Source: Bacillota bacterium (GTDB lineage: Bacteria > Bacillota > Sulfobacillia > RBS10-35 > JAJYVM01). Taken from it: a stretch of DNA of 45,459 bases. Under the pieces are notes generated by a model that made no database searches, had not been told where the DNA came from, and saw only the letters and a program-made list of their open reading frames with translations. Below are positions 8,168-15,668 of the stretch, piece by piece (within the stretch, counting starts at the first letter, position 1; each line of letters starts with the position of its first letter). The position numbers and the translations under genes were made by a program. The stretch is taken from the NCBI GenBank assembly GCA_035533535.1, contig DATLTP010000107.1:1-45459 (forward strand). The letters are read 5' to 3'.

Positions 8168-9436
8168 CTACTCCGGCTCCCGCGCCGCGGCCGCTTCCCG
8201 GCCGCCCTCGTCATCCTCGTCCAGGGGCACCTCGCCGACGTCATGCAGTTGCACATGGGGCGCCTCCCCATACTGCCAGAGGAGGTCCAGCCACTGGATC
8301 GCCAGGCGCAGCCGCGTGCGCAAGCGGGTGTCGGTCGCGGGCGCCAGGTGCTGCACCTGCCGCCAGAGGCCGGCGGCGTCCAGGTCGGCGCGCCAGCCGT
8401 AGGCGGCCTGATGGTTTCCCACCACGGCCTGCATGACCTCGAGCCAGTCGGCCGGGCTCAGGGGATCGAGCGACATCGCTTCCTGCAGCGTGGTGATCCC
8501 GATCCGGCACCGCTCCTCGCCCTCGGCATCCCCGCGCTGCTGCAGCCAGGCTGGGGCAGCCTGCAGGTCGTGCCGCCGTTCGAGCACGGCCGCATAGAAG
8601 TTGCTGGCGACGGCGAAAACGGAGAGGACGTGGCGGCAGCCCAGGCCGTCCCCCGCCATGCGGCCCACGTTGGCGTACGCTTTGGCGCGCCCGCCGCGGC
8701 CGAGGCGACCGATCAACTCCGCCTCGTCAAAGAGGATGACCCAGCCGGCCATACCCTGCATCCGGGCCAGGAAGTCGATGAGCCGGAAGTAGTCGCGGGC
8801 CTCACGCTGCGCCGAGAAGCGGGCGACTTTGAGCGGCTCGCGGAAGTTGGCGCGGTGGATCCGCTTGAGATCGGGCAGCGACAGGTCGATGCGGGCCAGA
8901 TCCTGTAGGAGCGCCTCGGTCGCCTCGGTGCTGCTGCCATCGATCAGGTTCTTGATCACCCCGTACAGCTTGGGGTGGAGTTCGTCCTCCGCGAACCGGA
9001 GCAGCCGCCGCGCCATCTCGCTCCCGGCGGCGATGTCGGCGACCAGGCGCTCGATACCGGGTTGGCTGGCTCCTGGCAGGTAGGTCTCGGCGATCAGCTT
9101 CGGGTAGACGCGGTCCAGACGGTCGAGCGGGGTCTCGCGCGTCAGCGTCACCTCGCTGACCAGAAAGCGGCGCTTGGCCGCGAGGTGCCAGATCAGGCGC
9201 ATGGCGTGGGTCTTGCCGTCCCCGTAGTTCGCCTGCACGACGAGCGCGCGGCTGCCGCGCTGCTCCGTCGCGTCCAGGGCCGCCTCCGCCCGCTCCGCCA
9301 GACGCCCGCGGCCGGCCTGGAGCGGCGCCGCCGAGACGGGGAGGGGCACGCCGCTGCGCAGGTGCTCGATCATCCGCCGCGCCGCCGCCGCCCCTTCATC
9401 GGCCGGCGGCGGCAGGAGCCAAGGTGTGCTGCTCAC
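8168..9436 (-). CDS. P-loop ATPase, BrxD/DUF2791-like paralogue (gene D)
   Basis: Walker A ANYGDGKTH and Walker B WVILFDEAE. The N-terminus ARRMIEHLRSGVPLPVS..LQAGRGRL parallels gene A. GTG at 9436 overlaps the stop of gene C (GTGA). The upstream part of ORF 8168..9838 is rejected. Confidence 0.7.
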   Translation of the reverse strand: MSSTPWLLPPPADEGAAAARRMIEHLRSGVPLPVSAAPLQAGRGRLAERAEAALDATEQRGSRALVVQANYGDGKTHAMRLIWHLAAKRRFLVSEVTLTRETPLDRLDRVYPKLIAETYLPGASQPGIERLVADIAAGSEMARRLLRFAEDELHPKLYGVIKNLIDGSSTEATEALLQDLARIDLSLPDLKRIHRANFREPLKVARFSAQREARDYFRLIDFLARMQGMAGWVILFDEAELIGRLGRGGRAKAYANVGRMAGDGLGCRHVLSVFAVASNFYAAVLERRHDLQAAPAWLQQRGDAEGEERCRIGITTLQEAMSLDPLSPADWLEVMQAVVGNHQAAYGWRADLDAAGLWRQVQHLAPATDTRLRTRLRLAIQWLDLLWQYGEAPHVQLHDVGEVPLDEDDEGGREAAAAREPE

Positions 9437-10632
9437 GCCGCGCCACCCCCTTGCCCGCGCGCGGCCACCTCGAGCACGGCCTCGATGCTCCGCTTGACGG
9501 GGGATATCGATGCGTCGCGGGCGGCCCGCCATTCCGCCTCTGCCGCCGCCATGGCCATCGTCCGCAGCCCCTCCGGGGCGTCGGGACGCACGCGGCACAG
9601 CCAGGCCGTCGCAAGTTCGCTCCGGGCGCTCGGCGAGGCGGTCCAGAGCCGCTCGAGCACGATCTCGTCGGCGAAGCGGTTGATCTCGGCGGTGGCGACC
9701 TCGTTCTGCACGCGCAGGGCCAGAGCGGGGTAGGAGGCGACGCCGTACTTGCCATGGCTGAGGATCTCCGGTGGGCCGGCCAGAACCAGCAGCAGGCCCG
9801 GCAGGGCCGCCACGTCGTCCACAATGGCCCGCAGGCACTCGAAGAGGTCGTCGCGGCGCTGGCGGGTGTAGCGAAGCAGGAGGGCGGGCTCAAGGGCCGG
9901 GGGCGCGGTGGGACTCAGGATGGTCTCCAGGCGGTCGACAGCAACCAGCAGGCCCGGCCTGCCGGCCGCGCGCGCAAATTGCAGGAACGAGCGCAGCCAC
10001 AGGCGCCCCGTGTAGCGGTCGACCGGCCGGCGCACGCGCAGGCGGTTGCACTCGCGGGCAGAAACCCGGCTGCCGCGGACCCAGGCGTCCATGAGCAGGA
10101 GGTCGTCGCCGCCGCCCCAGAGCAGGCGCTGCAGCCAGCGGACGAGCCCCGTGGCGTATCCGCGGTCCAGGTCCGGGTTGGCGATCAGCCGCGCATGCAG
10201 GGCCTCGTCGACCCGGACGCGCAGGGGCGCCTCGGCGTGGCCAGCGGCCCGGGCCCAGGCGGCGAGGTCGGTCGCCTCATCCAGCACCACGCCCTCGTAG
10301 CCAAGGTCCGCGCACATGCGCACCGCGAAGGCGCGGCCGAGCGCGGGCAGATCACACCCGCCGACGGCGGCGCGGTAGAGGTGGTCGAAGCCCCAAAGGG
10401 GGTCTCGGGTCGCGTCGATCGCGGCGACCAGGTAGCCAAGGCCGCCTGCCGTGCCGGCCAGTTGGCGCAGAAAGTGTGTCTTGCCGGCCCCCGGCGCGCC
10501 GAGGACGAACTTCAGCTTGGCGCCCCCTTCGGGCAGCAGCCGCTCGAGGTGCTGCACCCTCAGAAACGCCCGCTGTCCGCAGGGGTCGATGTCCGTGGGG
10601 CTGGCTGCGTCCGCGGCCGCCTGCTCAAGCAC
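9433..10632 (-). CDS. P-loop ATPase paralogue with degenerate Walker B (gene C)
   Basis: Walker A GAPGAGKTH. At the position aligned with Walker B of A and D it reads LLVAVDRLE (D-R instead of D-E). The GTG start at 10632 overlaps the stop of gene E (GTGCTTGA). Confidence 0.65.
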   Translation of the reverse strand: MLEQAAADAASPTDIDPCGQRAFLRVQHLERLLPEGGAKLKFVLGAPGAGKTHFLRQLAGTAGGLGYLVAAIDATRDPLWGFDHLYRAAVGGCDLPALGRAFAVRMCADLGYEGVVLDEATDLAAWARAAGHAEAPLRVRVDEALHARLIANPDLDRGYATGLVRWLQRLLWGGGDDLLLMDAWVRGSRVSARECNRLRVRRPVDRYTGRLWLRSFLQFARAAGRPGLLVAVDRLETILSPTAPPALEPALLLRYTRQRRDDLFECLRAIVDDVAALPGLLLVLAGPPEILSHGKYGVASYPALALRVQNEVATAEINRFADEIVLERLWTASPSARSELATAWLCRVRPDAPEGLRTMAMAAAEAEWRAARDASISPVKRSIEAVLEVAARGQGGGAA

Positions 10633-11458
10633 GGCCGCCCGCCGCCGCCGCGGCGGCTTCGCCCGCCGCTTGTCCAAACGGCTCCAGCAGCAGGCCGCCC
10701 AGCCGGTCGGTGCCGCCGCGGCCCGTGGGCACCTCGAACGCCGTCCCGCCCGCATCGCGCTGGTCCGTCAGCACGATCCGCCACGGCTCCACGACCATGG
10801 GGTTGAGGCGGAACCGGTACAGGTCGAATGCGAACTGGTCGCGCGTATAGGCGCCGCGGCCGAAGTTGCCGAGCGCGAATAGCCCATACACGTCCACCAG
10901 CTTCACCGTCCGCCGCGCGGCGGCCCCCCCCTCCCCGGCCAGCGCTTCGTACGCCTTCACCAGCGATCGGCCGAAGCGCTCGTGCTGGAAGCCGCCTCCG
11001 AAGATGCGGTCGCGCTCGCGGCGAACATCTTCGGCCAGTGCCGCCGGCCGCAGCCGGTAGCTCGACCGCCGCCCGAAGAGCACCCGCTCCTCGTGCAGGC
11101 GAACCCGGATGGTGAACGGGAACAGGTGGTAGTCGGGATGGACGCCCTGGACGGCCAGGCCCTGATCGGCGCAGGCCCGGGCGAAGGCCGCCGCCCACTC
11201 CGACTCCTCGTCCGCCGCCGCGCTCGGCTCCGCCGGCATGGCGCTGAAGGCTTCCACGGCGGCATGGAGGACGGATGCCGCCTCTGCCGCCTCCGCCGCG
11301 CGGCTGGCCAGGTCCGCGGCCCGCCGGCGCAGGTCGTGCAGGTCGAGGGCGCCCGCAGAACGCAGGCAATGCCGGGCCAGTTTGACCGCCTGGTCGTGCA
11401 GGCTGGTCGCCCGGCGCGCCGCCTCGCTCACCTCCGCGTCGAACCGCTCCGTGAACAC
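10625..11458 (-). CDS. hypothetical protein, no recognisable domain (gene E)
   Basis: 277 aa. GTG at 11458 lies 6 nt after GGAGGGA. High GC3. N-terminal Ala/Arg-rich helical region, then ...HPDYHLFPFTIRV...LYRFRLNPMVVEPWRIVL... Confidence 0.6.
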   Translation of the reverse strand: MFTERFDAEVSEAARRATSLHDQAVKLARHCLRSAGALDLHDLRRRAADLASRAAEAAEAASVLHAAVEAFSAMPAEPSAAADEESEWAAAFARACADQGLAVQGVHPDYHLFPFTIRVRLHEERVLFGRRSSYRLRPAALAEDVRRERDRIFGGGFQHERFGRSLVKAYEALAGEGGAAARRTVKLVDVYGLFALGNFGRGAYTRDQFAFDLYRFRLNPMVVEPWRIVLTDQRDAGGTAFEVPTGRGGTDRLGGLLLEPFGQAAGEAAAAAAGGRA

Positions 11459-11552
11459 GTTCGATCCCTCCAGGTCATGGTGTGCATGGGTTTCGCGTCC
11501 ATGGCGCCATTCCCCTCGCAAGAGCGGGTGGCATCATCGGCCAGTCCCGCAA

Positions 11553-13634
11553 TCATCCCCCTTCCGGTTCCTCCACGACGGGAAAGCCATAGCCCGTGAG
11601 CACCTCCAGCGCCCCGTCGCCATCGAGTTCCCGCGCCGCGTGCAGCTCGCGCTGCAGTTGCCGCGGCAGGTGGCGGCCGAACTTCGGTAGTCGCAGCGCC
11701 GAGTCCGGCAGGTACGCCATGGCCCGACTCACCATCTCCGCCGCCGAGGGCGGGTGGGCGGCCGCCGCCGCGAGCCAGGCAGGTGCGTCGGCCCGATGGT
11801 CTGCAGCGGCCACGCCGCCCCACACCGTCGACGCCCATGCTCCGCCAAGCTCGGCGCCCAGCCAGAGCGCCAAGGTCGCCGCCGCTCGGTCCCCGGCGAA
11901 GGCATGCCACTGCGTCCGATCCTCGGCGAGGGTGATCGGGCGCTCCACGGCGCTCAGCCCGATCCGGGCCCATGCCGGCCGCAGCTCCCCGAGGACGGCG
12001 GCCCCGCGCTGATCGAGGTACGGGTAGGTCGCTCCCCCGCAGAGCACGTCCGCCATCGCCCGGCGCACGCGGCCATGCACCCGCCAGGGCGAGGGCACGA
12101 AGACGGGCGGCTGCTCGGACCCGCCCGGCCGCACCTCAAACCGCCGGCGGGCGGCCTCGCGCGCCACGATGGTCCAGATCCGCCCGGCCAGGATCAGGGA
12201 GGCTCCCGGCCGATAGATGGGCAGGGGTGGCAGCTGGCCCAGGAGCCGCGGCCCCGCGGCGACCTCCCACGCCTCGGAGTCGTCGAAGACGCCGAGGAAA
12301 CGCCGGTCGGCGGCCAGGCGCGCCCCAACCGGTCCGGCGAGCCAGAGTCCCAGATCCCCGCTGTGTCCCGGCGCCAGGTGGCCATGCCTCAGCATGTGGT
12401 CCAGCAGGGCCTCCGGCACGCCGCTGCGGTCGGCCGGTCGCGAGCCGCGTTCAACGGCGATGGCCACAAGTTGATGCCAGGTCACGTCGTGGCGCGCAGC
12501 GACGGATTCCGGCGGCTCCAGCCACCCCTCCCGCAGCAGTTCGACCACGGCCACGGCCTGGACCAGCCCTGCCTCGGTGCTGGCATAGAGCTGGCCCGTC
12601 CGCGCCCGTCCCGGCCGCCGGCCGCTGCGTCCCAGGCGCTGGCGCAGCCCCGTCACGCTGCCCGTGCAGTCCACCTCGACCACGAGGTCGCAGTCGCCGA
12701 CGTCGACCCCCAGCTCCATCGTGCTGGTGCAGACGATCGAGCATGCCTGCGGCCCATCGCGGAGGGCCGCCTCCGCCCGTGCCCGCTCGCGGGAGTGCAG
12801 GGACCCATGGTGGGCGAGGTAGCCGTCGGGGGTGCCCGCCATACGGCCGAGGCCGAAGGTGAGCGCCTCGACCCGCGCCCGGCTGTTGCAGAAGATCAGC
12901 GCCTTGCGCCCGGCGGTGACGCGGCGGAGATCCGCCTGCACGCCGTCCGGCGCATAGCGCAGGTGGAGGCGGGTTGGCTTCGCCGGCCCGCCTCCCGCGC
13001 AGACGGCGACGGGCTCGCCGAGGAAGGCCCGCGCCGCGGCAAGGTCGCTCAGCGTGGCCGAGAGCGCGACTCGGCGCGGTTCCACCTCCGTGTAGCGCCG
13101 CAGGCGGCGCAGGAGCGAATCCAGTTGGATGCCGCGTCCGGTGCCAAGGAAGGCGTGAAGCTCATCGACGATGACGAAGCGCAGCCCGCCGAACAGGCGG
13201 GGCAGGTGCAGCGTACGGTGCAGCAGCATGGACTCAAGCGACTCCGGCGTGGTCAGCAGGATGCCGCCGGGCGCGTTTTGGGCGCGCGCCTTGCGCGCGC
13301 CGGTCACGTCCGAGTGCCAGAGATGGACCTGGGCGCCGATGGGGGCCGCCAGGATGGCCAGGCGGTCGCGCTGGTCGTTGAGCAGCGCCCGCAGGGGCGC
13401 GATCCCCAGCGCGAAGAAGCCGGAGGTGCGCCCGGCCTCCTCCAGGTGCGAGAGGATGGGCAGGTACGCCGCCTCGGTCTTGCCGGACGCCGTGTCGCCC
13501 GCGATCAGGACGTTGCCCTCGCCGCCGCGGATCGCGCGGATGGCTGCCTCCTGGACGGGCCAGAGCCCGTCCCAGCCAAGCTCGTGCAGCACCTGTTGCA
13601 TGCTCGGGCTCAGCAGCTCCCATGCCGCGTTCAC
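11553..13634 (-). CDS. Lhr/BrxHI-like DEAD/DEAH-box (SF2) helicase (gene B)
   Basis: Q-motif region LWPVQEAA, motif I GDTASGKT, motif II VIVDELH, motif III SATL, motif VI QRLGRSGR. The roughly 300-aa C-terminal extension has no Cys cluster. The GTG start overlaps the stop of gene A (GTGA). Confidence 0.85.
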   Translation of the reverse strand: MNAAWELLSPSMQQVLHELGWDGLWPVQEAAIRAIRGGEGNVLIAGDTASGKTEAAYLPILSHLEEAGRTSGFFALGIAPLRALLNDQRDRLAILAAPIGAQVHLWHSDVTGARKARAQNAPGGILLTTPESLESMLLHRTLHLPRLFGGLRFVIVDELHAFLGTGRGIQLDSLLRRLRRYTEVEPRRVALSATLSDLAAARAFLGEPVAVCAGGGPAKPTRLHLRYAPDGVQADLRRVTAGRKALIFCNSRARVEALTFGLGRMAGTPDGYLAHHGSLHSRERARAEAALRDGPQACSIVCTSTMELGVDVGDCDLVVEVDCTGSVTGLRQRLGRSGRRPGRARTGQLYASTEAGLVQAVAVVELLREGWLEPPESVAARHDVTWHQLVAIAVERGSRPADRSGVPEALLDHMLRHGHLAPGHSGDLGLWLAGPVGARLAADRRFLGVFDDSEAWEVAAGPRLLGQLPPLPIYRPGASLILAGRIWTIVAREAARRRFEVRPGGSEQPPVFVPSPWRVHGRVRRAMADVLCGGATYPYLDQRGAAVLGELRPAWARIGLSAVERPITLAEDRTQWHAFAGDRAAATLALWLGAELGGAWASTVWGGVAAADHRADAPAWLAAAAAHPPSAAEMVSRAMAYLPDSALRLPKFGRHLPRQLQRELHAARELDGDGALEVLTGYGFPVVEEPEGG

Positions 13635-14959
13635 GAGATCGTGACGAAGCGCTCGTCGTCCCCCGCGTCCCCTTCCTGCAGGGGCACCTGGGCGGCCGCG
13701 CGGCGGAGCAGGTCGCCCACCTCCAGGTCGGCGTGCTGCTGCACGAGGTTGCAGAGCTGCAGGAAGCCGCGGACGGCCTCGCGCGCCGTCAGATGCTGGG
13801 CTGCGCCCGGCCGGGCGAGCAGGTCCTGCAGGAAGGCCGCCGCATCCTCGCCGCGGAGGCGGCTGGGCCCGTAGTAGGTGCGGTGGAGCCCAAGCACCTT
13901 GTGGAGCAGGGCCAGCAGCTCGCTCGGATCCAGGGGGCGCAGCGTCATCACCGGCTGGGCCAGGTCGCGATGGTCCGCGTCCGCCAGGTGGTTGGGGGCG
14001 AGCCGGCTGCGCAGGGCCGGGTCGGCCGCGAGCCCCCGGTACGGGTCGGTCAGCAGCTCGGGCGGACCGGCCAGGTACACGGCCAGATGCGGTGCATCGC
14101 CTTGAAGCGTGGCGTTGAGCAGGCGCAGGACCACCTCGTAGTTGCGGGCACGGGCCTCCGTCTGCGCCAGCCGGTACAGGTGGACCGCCTCGTCCAGCAC
14201 CACCACCAGGCCGGCGTAGCCCGCCGCCGCCGCCAGCATGGCCAGCAGCCGCAGCCGCTCATACCAGTCGGCGTCGCCGGGGGGCGCAGCGCCGGGTATG
14301 CCGAGCGAGACCCGCGCCTCGGCCGCGCTCCGCATCTCCCCGCGCAGCCACCGGGTGCAGGCCGCCGCGCGCGCGTCCTCCCCGGCCAGGGCGGCCTCGT
14401 AATAGGCGCGCAACACGGCAGCGAAGGCCGGCCCGCCCGCCTGCCCGGCCAGCTCGCCAAGACTGGTTCCGAACTCCCGGTTGAGGGCGGCGGCCATGGC
14501 TGGCGTGCGGTCTTGCCCATGTCCGCCCATGCGGGCGAGCGTCCGCTCGCGGACGCCTTCGGCCCAGCGGTCGAGCAGAGCCGGGAGCGCCCCGCCGTCC
14601 GGCCGCGCGGCCGAGGCCAGGCGCGCCAGCAACTCGCGGTAGGTCGCCAGCCCCTTGCCGTCGCCAGTCAGCCGCAGCCCTGGGCCGAGATCGGCGTCGG
14701 CGACCAGAAACCCCTGCGCCAGCGCCGCCTGCCGGGCCAGGGCCAGCACGAAGGTCTTGCCGGCACCATACGGCCCGAGGATGAGCTTGAAGGCCCCGGC
14801 GCCGGCTGCGACAGCCTCCAGTTCGCGGAGCAGTTGCCGAACTTCGCCGACGCGGCCCACGGCGAGATGGTGCAGGCCCGCGCGTGGCACGACGCCGGCC
14901 TGGAGGCTTTGCAGGATCGCCTGGGCCTCACGGGCGTTGGGTTCGGCCGCTGCAGACAC
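13631..14959 (-). CDS. P-loop ATPase, BrxD/DUF2791-like (gene A)
   Basis: AREAQAILQSLQAGVVPRAGLHHLAVGRVGEV..LL.ELEAV, then Walker A GPYGAGKTF and Walker B LVVVLDEAVHLY. The preferred start is GTG 14959, because the upstream part of ORF 13631..15079 overlaps gene F. Confidence 0.75.
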   Translation of the reverse strand: MSAAAEPNAREAQAILQSLQAGVVPRAGLHHLAVGRVGEVRQLLRELEAVAAGAGAFKLILGPYGAGKTFVLALARQAALAQGFLVADADLGPGLRLTGDGKGLATYRELLARLASAARPDGGALPALLDRWAEGVRERTLARMGGHGQDRTPAMAAALNREFGTSLGELAGQAGGPAFAAVLRAYYEAALAGEDARAAACTRWLRGEMRSAAEARVSLGIPGAAPPGDADWYERLRLLAMLAAAAGYAGLVVVLDEAVHLYRLAQTEARARNYEVVLRLLNATLQGDAPHLAVYLAGPPELLTDPYRGLAADPALRSRLAPNHLADADHRDLAQPVMTLRPLDPSELLALLHKVLGLHRTYYGPSRLRGEDAAAFLQDLLARPGAAQHLTAREAVRGFLQLCNLVQQHADLEVGDLLRRAAAQVPLQEGDAGDDERFVTIS

Positions 14960-15593
14960 CCCCGTTCCGTGAGAGACCGACCTGGCCGTTCGCGCACCAG
15001 GTCCGCGCCTCGCCGCCGGCATCGATCTCCTCGAGCACGGAGGCAGGCAGACGGCCCCAGGCCCGGACAAAGGCGCCAAACTCGGCCAGGGTCAGGGCCT
15101 TTTCCTCCAGCAGGGCCAGCGCGGCGCGCGCGACCTCCGAAAGGCCCGTGGGGCCGCCGGTCGGCCGCATGACGGCTGCCAGCATTTCGGCCGCGCTGTC
15201 CGCGCACGGGGCTGCCGTCAGCTCGCGGGCAGCCATCGGCTCGTCAGGGGCCCACGTTGCGGCGAGCGCCTCGGCGTCACGCAGGTGGCGGGCCGCGGCC
15301 GCCGCGTTCAGAGGCGCGGCCGGCGACCGGATCCCTGCCGCCGCCGACCTCAGAAAGGCCTGCAGCCCGACTGGCAGCGCCGCGAAGTCGGGCGGCGGCT
15401 CACCCACAGCGCCGGCCAGCCATGCAGCCACGTGGTGCAGGACAAGCCAGCGGAACGGATAGCGGAGATCCGGCCGCTCCGGCGGCCAGGGCCCGCCGTT
15501 GCAGATCTCCTCCCAAGCTGTCCCGCGGGCAGCCGCCCACAGACGGCCGGCGGTGTGCAGCCGCTCTTCCAGGGGGCCGACGGCTTGGCTCAC
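14928..15593 (-). CDS. hypothetical protein, first gene of the operon (gene F)
   Basis: This is the C-terminal roughly 220 codons of ORF 14928..16583. They have high GC3 and protein-like composition (...WPPERPDLRYPFRWLVLHHVAAWLAG...ALTLAEFGAFVRAWGRLPASVLEEI...). Everything upstream is antisense to the permease gene. The start is uncertain: GTG 15593 is preferred, ATG 15236 is the alternative. Confidence 0.5.
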   Translation of the reverse strand: MSQAVGPLEERLHTAGRLWAAARGTAWEEICNGGPWPPERPDLRYPFRWLVLHHVAAWLAGAVGEPPPDFAALPVGLQAFLRSAAAGIRSPAAPLNAAAAARHLRDAEALAATWAPDEPMAARELTAAPCADSAAEMLAAVMRPTGGPTGLSEVARAALALLEEKALTLAEFGAFVRAWGRLPASVLEEIDAGGEARTWCANGQVGLSRNGGVCSGRTQRP

Positions 15594-15668
15594 GTGCGGA
15601 AGTTCGCCATCCGCACCCGCATCTCCCGCCAACAGGTCCGGCGGCGCCCACGGGTCGAATATCCCGCC

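Noticed and set aside
7821-8210. Small minus-strand ORF between ATPase D and the terminator (MQIHIAIAALVAAWAV..., with the frame open from 8210 and reading ...DHELCGRGDWNGWTLGRTTFGPQIRH...)
   Set aside because: GC3 is high in its first half, so it may be a gene remnant. However, the only start (ATG 8081) has no RBS, the frame runs through the terminator hairpin, and I recognise no family. It is not reported as a feature.
1324-13874. Long antisense or out-of-frame ORFs, for example 1324..2535(-), 3956..5488(-), 9424..10806(+), 11754..13874(+), 13622..15172(+), 25474..27315(+), 28674..29879(+), 29969..31369(+) and 40387..41934(-)
   Set aside because: Each lies opposite to, or out of frame with, a gene that has clear family motifs. 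Their translations are Arg/Gly/Pro/His-rich with no motifs. This is expected for stop-poor frames at this GC content.
8168-15593. Calling the ATPase/helicase operon a BREX system
   Set aside because: Only BrxD-like and BrxHI-like components are recognisable. PglX, PglZ, BrxC/PglY, BrxA/B and BrxL are not seen anywhere in the window, so the BREX label is not justified from this sequence.
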